Shown here in pieces: positions 1 to 9,263 of a stretch of DNA of 64,000 nt. The stretch's first letter is position 1; every line of letters starts with the position of its first letter. A program made the position numbers and the translations under genes. This DNA is from Candidatus Parcubacteria bacterium (lineage in GTDB: Bacteria > Patescibacteriota > Minisyncoccia > Phycocordibacterales > UBA5272). Where the stretch lies: the NCBI GenBank assembly GCA_039796775.1, contig JBDKJD010000004.1, forward strand, positions 6,103-70,102. The letters are read 5' to 3'. A model generated the notes under the pieces. The model was not told the DNA's origin and ran no database searches. It saw nothing but the letters and a program-made list of their open reading frames with translations.

Positions 1-49
1 CTATCTCTGCTGCTCCTGATACTGATATGGTAATAGTCTGTGCTTTCAT
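1..49 (-). CDS. 5' end of a gene running off the window, possibly SLOG/LOG-family protein
   Basis: ATG at 49, reads MKAQTITISVSGAAEI; only 16 codons visible. Confidence 0.35.
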   Translation of the reverse strand, partial: MKAQTITISVSGAAEI

Positions 50-183
50 GAAAACAGTATATAGTTACTGGTTACTAGTTGCTAGTGGACACACAGAACG
101 AGGAGCTTAGAGTTCAGAACATAGAAAATAATACTCTCTTTCTCGATCTATATTCTATACTCTATGTTCTGCATTTCTTCTCT

Positions 184-1557
184 TTACTCGAGCTCCAACA
201 CATCCCCCTTCTCTGGCACTATAACATCTGTACCATATTCATTATGAATTCTTTGTCCCAGGAAATAAGTACTCTTCGGCTCACCAAGAACGATACACAC
301 TTTTTTTAAACTATTAGCTGTTGAGCCAACGAATTCAACTAAATGATCTGAGTCTTTGTGTGCAGAGAATCCATGTATATTAATCACACGAGCTCGTAGT
401 GGGACGACTTGATTATTAATTATTAATTCTGACTGACCATCAACTATCTTGCGGCCGAGCGTGTTAACAGCTTGATACCCAGCGATGATGATTGTATTAC
501 GTGGATCACTTAAATACTTTGCTTCATGATGAACGATACGACCACCATTACTCATACCACTTCCTGCTATGATTACTTTTGGTCTATGATCATTGTTGAT
601 TGACTTACTTTCTTCTGGGGAAGGAGTTTTAATCAAGCCCTTAAATGCGAAGACATCATCCCCTTTAACAAGCTCCCTCTCTATATCTTTGTTGAACCAG
701 TGTTCGTATTTTTTGTACACCTTTGTGATATTGATACCAAGAGGAGAATCAAGATACACTGGCACTTCTTTAATCTTACCCCCTTCAACTAATTCATTGA
801 ATGCGAGTAATATTTCTTGAGTTCTCTCTATTGAGAAAGCTGGGATGAGGACGGTGCCTCCTTTTTCGTAAGTAGAGGTAATGGCCTCTTTAAAAATATC
901 AATGCGCTTATCTTTGTCTTTGTGATTTCTGTCTCCATACACACTTTCTAAAACTAAATAATCAATATCATGAAGAAGTGTTGTATCTCTCATAAGCGGT
1001 GACGGTGTATTTCCTAAATCCCCAGTGAAGGCTATTGTTTTATTCTTGTATGTGATAACAATCATTGAGCTACCTAGAATATGTCCAGCGTCTTTAAACG
1101 TGACTTTGATATCACCTTCTTCTCCTCTGATAGTGAGCGTCTCTTCATAGGTGACCACATCTGACCATAAACGCATCGAAGCGAACACGTCTTTTTCTTC
1201 ATAGAGAATAGGCAGATGATGTCTCTCGCTTTCCTTATGAAGAATACCCATTGAGTCCATCAAGATTAACTCTGCCATTTCTCGTGTCGGCTCTGTACTG
1301 ATAATCTTACCACTGAATCCATCGCGCACGAGTTTCGGTATTCTGCCTACATGATCCAAGTGAGCATGTGTGACAAAAAGATATTCAACCTCGTGTGGAT
1401 TGTATGCAAAATCTTCATGATTAATAGGTAAAGCATTATATTCACCTTGAACAAGTCCACAGTCGATGAGAATCTTTTTGCCTCCAACTTCAACTAAGAA
1501 GTTAGACCCCGTTGGCATTTGTGCCCCACCGTGAAAGGTAATACGAAAAGTAGACAT
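184..1557 (-). CDS. MBL-fold beta-CASP ribonuclease (Ysh1/CPSF-like RNA-processing family)
   Basis: THAHLDHVGR, DAGHILGS, FTGDLG, ESVYGDR, GSGMSNGGRI and FSAHKD motifs. Confidence 0.9.
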   Translation of the reverse strand: MSTFRITFHGGAQMPTGSNFLVEVGGKKILIDCGLVQGEYNALPINHEDFAYNPHEVEYLFVTHAHLDHVGRIPKLVRDGFSGKIISTEPTREMAELILMDSMGILHKESERHHLPILYEEKDVFASMRLWSDVVTYEETLTIRGEEGDIKVTFKDAGHILGSSMIVITYKNKTIAFTGDLGNTPSPLMRDTTLLHDIDYLVLESVYGDRNHKDKDKRIDIFKEAITSTYEKGGTVLIPAFSIERTQEILLAFNELVEGGKIKEVPVYLDSPLGINITKVYKKYEHWFNKDIERELVKGDDVFAFKGLIKTPSPEESKSINNDHRPKVIIAGSGMSNGGRIVHHEAKYLSDPRNTIIIAGYQAVNTLGRKIVDGQSELIINNQVVPLRARVINIHGFSAHKDSDHLVEFVGSTANSLKKVCIVLGEPKSTYFLGQRIHNEYGTDVIVPEKGDVLELE

Positions 1558-1565
1558 TGTGATAA

Positions 1566-1922
1566 TTATTTATGGTTACGAATAAAAGCGTAGTAAGCTC
1601 CAGCCACACCAAGTATATAATCAAGGATAGTATCCCAATATTCTAACCAAGAAGAAAATACAAGAACGCCTCTATTGTACTCATATAATTCCCACACGAC
1701 AGCAACAATAGAGATAGAGATTATCAAAAGTTTTTTTGATAAGGGTTTATTGTAATAATTAAAAACACTCATCACTAAATATCCAATCAAGAACCCTCCG
1801 AGAAAATGCATCGGTATATCAAGAAGAGGTAATTCGTGATACAAGTTAGCTGGCTCAAAAACATATCGAGAAATGAGGAATGTGGTTAAGAGTAACGATA
1901 AGGCTAAAAGAATATGTTTCAT
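1566..1922 (-). CDS. small integral membrane protein
   Basis: Hydrophobic 118 aa with DIPMHFLGG..WELYE..DTILD pattern. Confidence 0.7.
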   Translation of the reverse strand: MKHILLALSLLLTTFLISRYVFEPANLYHELPLLDIPMHFLGGFLIGYLVMSVFNYYNKPLSKKLLIISISIVAVVWELYEYNRGVLVFSSWLEYWDTILDYILGVAGAYYAFIRNHK

Positions 1923-1961
1923 TATTCTAGCAGTATATCATGCTTGATGTTTGATTAAGAA

Positions 1962-1994
1962 AAGAAAAAACTACACAATGTGTAGTTTTTTCTT
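1962..1994. terminator. intrinsic (bidirectional-looking) terminator hairpin
   Basis: aagaaaaaactacaca-a-tgtgtagttttttctt inverted repeat with A/T tracts. Confidence 0.7.
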
Positions 1995-2118
1995 AGATAC
2001 TTAGGACATCTTCCTGATGTTTTAAGTCAGGTGGGTGAGAAACGAATGAGACCTCGGTCAACATTACAATATTCTATAACCCGAAAGATGTTTATCCAGA
2101 AAAATACCTAAGTATCTA
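1994..2118 (-). ncRNA. candidate ~125-nt small RNA, possibly a short 6S RNA
   Basis: 12-bp closing stem (1994-2005 with 2107-2118), TATAAT at 2124-2129 and TTTACT at 2146-2151 on minus strand, terminator directly after, no ORF; contains UGUUGACCGA and CACCCACCUG. Confidence 0.5.
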
Positions 2119-2186
2119 TCATTATTATATTCTTGAAAAAGAAAAAGTAAAGCCGAATTATTTTAATGTAAAAAGTTTATTTTTCA

Positions 2187-2331
2187 GAACTTACTTTTGA
2201 AAGTACGTGTCATTTTCTTGCTAGAAAATGCACTCCCTCTCGCCTACCCGGCTCCGAGAAACTTTCAAAAGTAAGTTCTCTTGTTGGAGCGGTAAACACA
2301 AGAGCGGCGCCTACGGCGCCGCTCTTGTTTC
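2187..2331. repeat. palindromic REP-like elements
   Basis: agaacttacttttgaaagt ... actttcaaaagtaagttct inverted pair, plus perfect hairpin acaagagcggcgcc-tac-ggcgccgctcttgt. Confidence 0.65.
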
Positions 2332-2379
2332 GTACATTCTACACTCTGTATTCTACGTTCTAGAGTCTAGCATCTTAAA

Positions 2380-2991
2380 CTATTCTGCAAGTCCGTCTAG
2401 ATTCACATCATAAAGCATTGCTTCTGTCACGAGACGATAGTTCATGATCTCTTCCTTAGTAAACCACAGATCTACCTCTCTTTGATACGCTCCTTCACCA
2501 TCTGCCGGATCAGTGCAGTGTATTAGATTACGCATGCCACGAGATCCATCAACATCACAAAGGTAATAAGAGTCGAGCGCATAGTCTCCTCGTATTGTAC
2601 CTGAGTCAGCTGTTGTAGGCTCAGTACCACCAACCAGACGCTTCACTACAGCTTGAGCCTGATTCCCTTCTATAACAAGAGACACTACAGGTCCAGCACA
2701 CATGTAGTGCACCATGGCACGAATAATATCCTTTCCATATTCAATCGCTTCTTTGTCGATGGTATGACCAAGTTTCTTTTTGTTCTCAAGAATATTAGTC
2801 CCTTTTTTGAGATACCAAGCATCATCTTTATTGTAATGCTTCCACAACGTCTCTTCGTTGACCATATGCATTTTCATGCCAACAATTTTAAGACCAATTC
2901 TTTCGAAACGCTTAACTATTTCACCGACTAAGCCACGCTGTACCGCGTCTGGTTTAAGGATAATAAATGTTCTTTCTTTTTTTGGATGCAT
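2380..2991 (-). CDS. ndk: nucleoside diphosphate kinase
   Basis: ERTFIILKPDAVQRGLVGEI, GTIRGDYA, NLIHCTD. Confidence 0.95.
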   Translation of the reverse strand: MHPKKERTFIILKPDAVQRGLVGEIVKRFERIGLKIVGMKMHMVNEETLWKHYNKDDAWYLKKGTNILENKKKLGHTIDKEAIEYGKDIIRAMVHYMCAGPVVSLVIEGNQAQAVVKRLVGGTEPTTADSGTIRGDYALDSYYLCDVDGSRGMRNLIHCTDPADGEGAYQREVDLWFTKEEIMNYRLVTEAMLYDVNLDGLAE

Positions 2992-3108
2992 AGAAATAGT
3001 TACTGGTTACTAGTTGATAGTTAATAGTTTTAATGTTTCTATACTAACAAAAACAAAGCAAAAAACCAAGCAACAATGCTCGGTTTTTTGTTATTTCTCT
3101 TTGAATCT

Positions 3109-3312
3109 TTAGTGCGCGACGTATGGAAGGAGTCCCATGAATCTTGCGCGCTTGATAGCATTAGCGAGAGCTCTTTGATTCTTAGCTGTTAGCCCTGTCT
3201 TTCTGCGATTAAGCATACGAGCGTGAGGGTTCAAGAACTTTACTAGAATCTCAGTGTCCTTGTAGTCGATAAACTTTATATTGTTTGCATTAAAGTGATC
3301 TTGTTTTTTCAT
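3109..3312 (-). CDS. rpsR: 30S ribosomal protein S18
   Basis: IDYKD..RRKTGLTAKNQRALANAIKRARFMGLLPY. Confidence 0.97.
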   Translation of the reverse strand: MKKQDHFNANNIKFIDYKDTEILVKFLNPHARMLNRRKTGLTAKNQRALANAIKRARFMGLLPYVAH

Positions 3313-3553
3313 AGAGATAGTTAATGGTTGATAGTTACTAGTTAATAGTTTTTACTTCTTATTTACCCTAAGCAAAGATGGGTAGGATTTATTTAGTCTG
3401 AGGTGGTCTTAAAGTCGGTAATACTTTTTTTCTAAACTAAGAAAATTGTTTTAGTTGCGAGAAGCTTAGAAATTTTACGACGGAGATGTAGGGACACTAC
3501 ACTGACTGAGTAAAATTTCGTAGCGACGAAGCAGATGAAATAATTTTATGTGT

Positions 3554-4012
3554 TTAGAATGGGATGTCGTCGATGTTAACATTAGCATCTCCATAATCGA
3601 TCGTATCTAAATCTGGCGCTTGGCTAGCAGCAGCTTGTTGCTGAGGAGCGACAGCGTCGCTACCTGCTTGTGCTAGGCCACCTGACTTAGGACCGAATTG
3701 TACGGCGTCTGCTACAATTTCTGTTCTATACTTTTTCTCATTAGTAGTTTTGTCATCCCAGCTACGTGTCTGGATACGACCTTCTATCATGACACCTTGT
3801 CCTTTCTTAAGGTACTGAGCACTTGTCTCTGCCTGACGACCGAAGACTACGATGTTGTGATACTCAACTTGTTCTTGTTTTGCACCATTTGCATCTTTGT
3901 ACACACGGTTAGTAGCGAGAGAAAATGATGTTACTTTATTTCCATTTGGGAGTGATCTCATTTCTGGATCACGAGTCAAATTTCCATAAAGATATACTTT
4001 GTTTAAATACAT
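3554..4012 (-). CDS. ssb: single-stranded DNA-binding protein
   Basis: LNKVYLYGNLTRDPE, C-terminal DDIPF, rpsF-ssb-rpsR synteny. Confidence 0.97.
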   Translation of the reverse strand: MYLNKVYLYGNLTRDPEMRSLPNGNKVTSFSLATNRVYKDANGAKQEQVEYHNIVVFGRQAETSAQYLKKGQGVMIEGRIQTRSWDDKTTNEKKYRTEIVADAVQFGPKSGGLAQAGSDAVAPQQQAAASQAPDLDTIDYGDANVNIDDIPF

Positions 4013-4077
4013 ACGAAGTGAGAGTAGTTAGTTATTAGTGATCAATGATTAGTATAACATCAAACACATGCTACAAA

Positions 4078-4578
4078 CTACTTAATCTCTTCAGCTGAAA
4101 CGACGACTTCTGCTTCAGCTGTTGTGTCGATATTAGCTTCCTTTGAAGCGGCAATATCTTCATCTGACGGTCCGTCTTCGTTATCAATAAGAGATTCTGC
4201 TTTAACTACTGGGGCACGCTTGGTGTACACAGTATTCTCAGCGACAGTACGAACGACGATATATCTCACCACCTCTTCGTCTAGCTTGATCCCTTTTTCA
4301 AGAGTGGCTACTTTGTCACCAGCAAGCTCGAACTTTATCCAACCGAAATATCCTTCATTAAAACGAACATTCACATTCTTCTGAACTCTTATCATTTCGT
4401 AAGCGAGCTCGCGCATATACGGAGCCTCTTCTGAAATGAAGCTACCTCCTAGAGTAGCAATAGACTGCTTAAGCGTTTCAGCTTTCTTAAGCGCAGTGGC
4501 TTCATCTAATTTATTGTCAAAAATAAAAGAGATTTCATATACACGGCTGTCTACTATGGTTTCATTATTTTCAGTCAT
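4078..4578 (-). CDS. rpsF: 30S ribosomal protein S6 with acidic tail
   Basis: YEISFI..LAYEM..EGYFGWIKF..VVRYIVVR; synteny. Confidence 0.92.
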   Translation of the reverse strand: MTENNETIVDSRVYEISFIFDNKLDEATALKKAETLKQSIATLGGSFISEEAPYMRELAYEMIRVQKNVNVRFNEGYFGWIKFELAGDKVATLEKGIKLDEEVVRYIVVRTVAENTVYTKRAPVVKAESLIDNEDGPSDEDIAASKEANIDTTAEAEVVVSAEEIK

Positions 4579-4661
4579 AGGGACATATTATACCATTATT
4601 TTAAGCAAAAAGAAAGATCCGACGATGTGGGGTCTTTTTAGGCAAGAAGTTTGTTATCTTT

Positions 4662-5069
4662 TCACACGAACACTGAAATACGTTTACTTTTGAGGTGATG
4701 TAAATCACTATACGCGTCTGCTTCGATAACCTTATCGACCAACGTTCCACTTTGCTCATTGATAATCGTGTTCTGCAAAAGACGAGCAAAGCGATTGTTG
4801 GGATTATTCCAACCCCACATGAGATGGTGAGTACCATTTTCTTGGTTTTCTTTCATGAGAAGAAAAACTTTGTCTCTTTGTCCTTTGCGAGAACGAGAAA
4901 GTCTGAGCAATCCAAGCTTTTGAAGCTTACTTTCTTCTTCGAGATCAAAACAAAGCTTGCGCCCTGCGATTGTGACTAAGATGCAACCTTTGCGTTTTTG
5001 GTGTAGAGCAACGTGAGTAACATACCCCCAAACGGAGGTATATGGTGAATACTTCATGATTTTCTCCAA
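4662..5069 (-). CDS. hypothetical protein
   Basis: 135-aa ORF with downstream hairpin; no recognisable motif. Confidence 0.5.
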   Translation of the reverse strand: MEKIMKYSPYTSVWGYVTHVALHQKRKGCILVTIAGRKLCFDLEEESKLQKLGLLRLSRSRKGQRDKVFLLMKENQENGTHHLMWGWNNPNNRFARLLQNTIINEQSGTLVDKVIEADAYSDLHHLKSKRISVFV

Positions 5070-5161
5070 TATGAGTGAACTGAACTATCTCTATCCTCTA
5101 CCTTTTTGAGCGCATTGTCAACTTGGGGGAATAGTAAAGGGGTTATTTAATAGAGAAATAG

Positions 5162-6007
5162 TTATTCTGGTATAGAAAACATTCTCTTCACATTCTCTAA
5201 CACCTGTATACGCATCGTCTCCATATCTTCGTTTCTGAGCACTGCCATACGAGCAACCACTTCTTGCACTTTAAGTGAATCATTTCTCTCCCCTCTGAAT
5301 GGAGCAGGTGTCGCATATGGGCTATCTGTCTCTGCAATAATCATAGTTGGGGGTAAAAATCTGACAACATCATCGTAATCTTTGGTAAACGTAATAACTC
5401 CGGAGAAGCTCATAGTGAATCCAATCTCAATAAACCGCTTAGCTATGTCGATGTCTCCTACAAAAAAATGTGCATTGCCTCGCAATTTAGTCCCGTACTT
5501 TTTCTTGGCGCCTTCAAGCATAAAAAGCATGTCTTCATACGCATCCATCGTGCCTTTACTTGGTCTACCGTGGAGCATGAGGGGTAAGTTAAGTTCTACA
5601 GCAAGATGTATCTGCTCTTCAAAAATTCTCTTCTGTCTGTCTGCTTCAGCGTCTTTATTCCAAGATAAGCCCTTCTCTTTCTTATCTCTATCAAAAAATG
5701 TCTCAACATAGTGGTAATCGAGTCCACATTCCCCTATTGCGACAACCTTTTTACTCTTAGCTAAGTCGCGATAAAACCCTGCATCAAATTCCTCCGTGAC
5801 ATTGTCTGCTGGATGATGCCCGACACTTGCGAAAACATGCTCACACTTCTCAGCTAAAGCAACCGCTTTTGTACTCTCTTCTTTATCTGTACCAACGGTT
5901 ATAGCCCCAACACCATAGGACTTCATAGAAGCGAGCACCTGGTCTCTATCTTCATCATACTTTCTGTCATGGAGATGCGCATGGGCATCAAAGAGAGCGT
6001 AGTTCAT
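5162..6007 (-). CDS. tatD: TatD-family nuclease
   Basis: DAHAHL, VGHHP, AIGECGLDY, ETDSPY. Confidence 0.93.
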   Translation of the reverse strand: MNYALFDAHAHLHDRKYDEDRDQVLASMKSYGVGAITVGTDKEESTKAVALAEKCEHVFASVGHHPADNVTEEFDAGFYRDLAKSKKVVAIGECGLDYHYVETFFDRDKKEKGLSWNKDAEADRQKRIFEEQIHLAVELNLPLMLHGRPSKGTMDAYEDMLFMLEGAKKKYGTKLRGNAHFFVGDIDIAKRFIEIGFTMSFSGVITFTKDYDDVVRFLPPTMIIAETDSPYATPAPFRGERNDSLKVQEVVARMAVLRNEDMETMRIQVLENVKRMFSIPE

Positions 6008-6150
6008 GGGGGGGGTAGTTATTAGTGGTTAGTGGTTAGTGGTTAGAAATAAGTATACATCATACTCATTAGGTGCAATCGGTGACATCTTCTTAGATAA
6101 AAGAAAACAGCTCATATGGGAGCTGTTTTTGGGGACAGATTTTTCATCTG

Positions 6151-6704
6151 TTACTTGATAGGGGTTGGAGACTTCGTGCCTGATCTTACCATACTAAGCT
6201 CTAGCCGTGTCTCCATCAGAAGTTTACCTAAATGATTCTGTCCCTGACGAGAAGAGTCTGGATATACGGCGACACCAAAAAAGGCATCTCCCCACCAATT
6301 CGTTTCTTCTAGATGTTTCCCTACTGTTGACAGGAGAAAATCTCCAAGTTTTGGGTTGCCATAAATTTTGACCAAAGAATTTGTTTCATGACGGACAATT
6401 TACGCTCCTCCCACTCCTCTTCTGTATATGCCCACAGATGTCGCTTTTGGCCCAAAGTTTTGGCTTGTTTTGGAGACACAAAAACAAACTGAGATCGCAA
6501 ATATCTTTGATCTTGTTGAACGGTTGAAAACTTGGCAGCTTGATAGGCATTCTCGCTTGATGGGTAAATCACACCCTCAAAGACAACTTGGCATGGCCAC
6601 ATGTTGGAAAGTGGTCTATATTCGCCAAAAAATCCTCCTATTTTTGTCGCGCTGATTTCTTGAATCAATTGCGCTTTCTTGCTAAGAGAAAGTTGAGCAT
6701 TCAT
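6151..6704 (-). pseudogene. NADAR/YbiA-family protein, frameshifted near 6363
   Basis: N-part (LSNMWP, SSENAYQAAKF, WEERKLSVM..SKF) in one frame; C-part (LLSTVGKHLEETNWWGDAFFG, GQNHLGKLLMETR) in another; one extra T at AAATTT-ATGGC restores the frame. Confidence 0.8.
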
Positions 6705-6773
6705 GGTAACACTCCTTCAAAGATCAACTAAACAAAGAACCATAATGAATCCTAATAGTAACTTATAGATAAA

Positions 6774-8198
6774 TCAAAGTCTGCCGAACAACGGAGATTC
6801 TGGCATCTTGTTTTCACGAATACATTCTAAAATCTTCGCTGAAGTTCGTGGCATGAATGACACTAATTCACACACAATAACATCAAGCTCTGAGAGACAA
6901 TGATAGAGCATTTCTTTTCCTTTTACTTCGTCGACTTTTATAACCTTAAAAGGTTCATTAGAAGCAATATATTCATCAAGTGTACGCATACGATTCATTA
7001 CTTGTTTTAAAGCTAGATTCATATCATGATTATCTTCTATGAGTGTTACCATCTTTGGCTGACCGAGAGTCACACCATTTGTTGTAACCATTTTCATCAC
7101 GCGACTTGTTAAATTACCAATGCCATTTACTAGATGAGCTGTGTATGAAGCTCGTATTGAATCGATAGTAATGTCTCCATCTTCAAATGAAGGTATCTCA
7201 TGAAGAAGCACAAAGCGAAGCGCTTCCCCGGCCAAATCACCGCACACGGGACGAAACATTTCTATTACTTCATTCGGATCTATCACATTACCGAGTGATT
7301 TACTCATCTTCTGTCCTCCTGATGTGATATGCCCGTGAACGAGTATTTTCTTTGGAAGAGCCAAGCCTGCTGAGAGAAGCATTCCTGGCCAAATAGCCGC
7401 ATGGAAACGAAGAATATCCTTGCCGATAATATGAGTAGTGTTACTCCATCTCTCATTATCAAATGACTCGGTGCCATACCCGATCGCTGTAATATAGTTA
7501 GAGAGTGCGTCACACCATACATACATGACATGCTCTTCATCTCCTGGAACTGGTATACCCCAACCAATCTTAGACCTCGGTCGAGAGAAAGAAACCTTTT
7601 CTAACCCTCTATCAATAAATGCCAGAATTTCGTTCTCACGACTCTTCGGGAATACCTGCATCTCACCGCTCACCATAGCTTCTTTTATTCTGGTTGTATA
7701 CTTTGGTAAATCAAAAAAATAATTCTCTTCTTCGACTTCTTCTGGAGCCTTGAGATGCGCTTGACACTCTCCCTTTTCATTAAGATCTGAATCTTTTTTG
7801 AACTCTTCACATCCTACACAATAGAGAGCTTTGTATTTTTCTTTTGTTATGTCGCCATTTTCTACGAGCTTATTCCATATCGCTTGCGCACCTTTGTAAT
7901 GTTTCTCTTTGTCACTTGTGCGTACAAAATAATCAGGTATAACTGAAAGCTCTTTGTCGAGTGACTTAAAAGCTTCTGCATAAGCATCTACGAAGTCTTG
8001 CACGTCTATTCCTTTTTCTTTAGCTTTCTCTTGTATCTTCTGACCATGCTCATCCATTCCTGTAATGAAAAAAGTGTCTCCTTGTTGTCTAGAATATCTC
8101 GCAAGAGTATCAGCCATGACGAATTCAAAAGCATGCCCTATATGAGGAGCACCGTTTGCATACGCAATTGCTGTGGTGATTAATGTTTTATTCGACAT
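6774..8198 (-). CDS. metG: methionyl-tRNA synthetase (short form, no C-terminal tRNA-binding domain)
   Basis: PHIGH and KMSKS motifs, GMDEHGQKI; start taken at MSNKT (8198). Confidence 0.96.
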   Translation of the reverse strand: MSNKTLITTAIAYANGAPHIGHAFEFVMADTLARYSRQQGDTFFITGMDEHGQKIQEKAKEKGIDVQDFVDAYAEAFKSLDKELSVIPDYFVRTSDKEKHYKGAQAIWNKLVENGDITKEKYKALYCVGCEEFKKDSDLNEKGECQAHLKAPEEVEEENYFFDLPKYTTRIKEAMVSGEMQVFPKSRENEILAFIDRGLEKVSFSRPRSKIGWGIPVPGDEEHVMYVWCDALSNYITAIGYGTESFDNERWSNTTHIIGKDILRFHAAIWPGMLLSAGLALPKKILVHGHITSGGQKMSKSLGNVIDPNEVIEMFRPVCGDLAGEALRFVLLHEIPSFEDGDITIDSIRASYTAHLVNGIGNLTSRVMKMVTTNGVTLGQPKMVTLIEDNHDMNLALKQVMNRMRTLDEYIASNEPFKVIKVDEVKGKEMLYHCLSELDVIVCELVSFMPRTSAKILECIRENKMPESPLFGRL

Positions 8199-9234
8199 GA
8201 TCTTTTTTCTTCCTAACATCGTCAGCAAGTTCCATGAAGATGGCAGCCACAGGGACCGCGAGAAGTACCCCCCAAATACCTGCAAGCTTAGCTCCAACCA
8301 AAAGTGCGATAATCACCACAATAGAAGGAACACCGACTAATTTGTTCATCACCTTTGGATAGAGAACATGGTTTTCAAGTTGACCAATAATAAGATACAC
8401 AATTGCAACAATTCCTAAAAGGGACGCTCCTCCGTGCATCCACGCAATAAAAAGTGCCGGAATGGTAGCGAGTGATAATCCAACTACAGGAATAAGTTCT
8501 CCAAAAAAAGCAAACATAGCTAGGAGTGCAGCATAGGGCACGTCGAGAATTTTGAGTGGAATGTAAACAAGGAGGGCGACTATACATGAAAGTAGTAATT
8601 GGCCTTGCATCCACATGCCGATTTTATTTTGAGTTCTTACCCAAAGGTCTGTAATGTATTCTTCTTTTCTCTTAGGTACGATGAGGCGTAGGAACTTCTG
8701 AACACCGTTTTCTTCAAGAGCTAAGTAAAAGGCCAAAATAAAAGTAAGAGCAACATTAACCAACCCTCCAAGGAGAGACGCAGTGGTTGCGAACACTCCA
8801 CTTGATCCAAAGAATGTATTCTTGAGCACTGTTAATATTTGACCTTTTGATATATCTCTTCCTAACTCTTGAACAGCCAAAGATAAATCTCTGAATCCCA
8901 TATCTCTTCCAAAAATTCTTATCGAGTCAAGAAGTGAAGGGAGTGTCTTAATAAATTTAGCTACATCATCAGCCAAAGGGGGCAGTAATACAAACACAAC
9001 GAGTGCCATGACTGAGATAATGGCTATAAATATTGCTCCAACTGAGACACCTCTAGGAATAGAGTGTCGCGATAGGAATTTTACCGGCACTTCAATCGCT
9101 GAAGCCAAAATAATCGCCACCAAGATAACAATCACTAGTTCACTCAAGTAGAACAAAGTAAAAAGAAGTATAAGAAACAGTATGGTTCTTATAATTGACC
9201 CGCTAGAGATAGAAATTGTAATAGATTCTTTCAT
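8188..9234 (-). CDS. AI-2E family (PerM-like) transporter
   Basis: Multi-TM protein with ELIPVVG, QLENHVLYPKVM, GIWGVLLAVP. Confidence 0.9.
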   Translation of the reverse strand: MKESITISISSGSIIRTILFLILLFTLFYLSELVIVILVAIILASAIEVPVKFLSRHSIPRGVSVGAIFIAIISVMALVVFVLLPPLADDVAKFIKTLPSLLDSIRIFGRDMGFRDLSLAVQELGRDISKGQILTVLKNTFFGSSGVFATTASLLGGLVNVALTFILAFYLALEENGVQKFLRLIVPKRKEEYITDLWVRTQNKIGMWMQGQLLLSCIVALLVYIPLKILDVPYAALLAMFAFFGELIPVVGLSLATIPALFIAWMHGGASLLGIVAIVYLIIGQLENHVLYPKVMNKLVGVPSIVVIIALLVGAKLAGIWGVLLAVPVAAIFMELADDVRKKKDHVE

Positions 9235-9263
9235 AACGCTATTCTATCACAAACTGACGAAAG

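Noticed and set aside
3436-3550. Imperfect palindrome between ssb and rpsR as a riboregulator
   Set aside because: No recognisable RNA motif and no second copy in the window; unresolved repeat-like spacer
8199-8297. N-terminal extension of metG in the ORF track (similarly dcd, secE, rplS and 41115-41237)
   Set aside because: Extensions overlap upstream genes or promoters; downstream ATGs match family N-termini or promoter spacing
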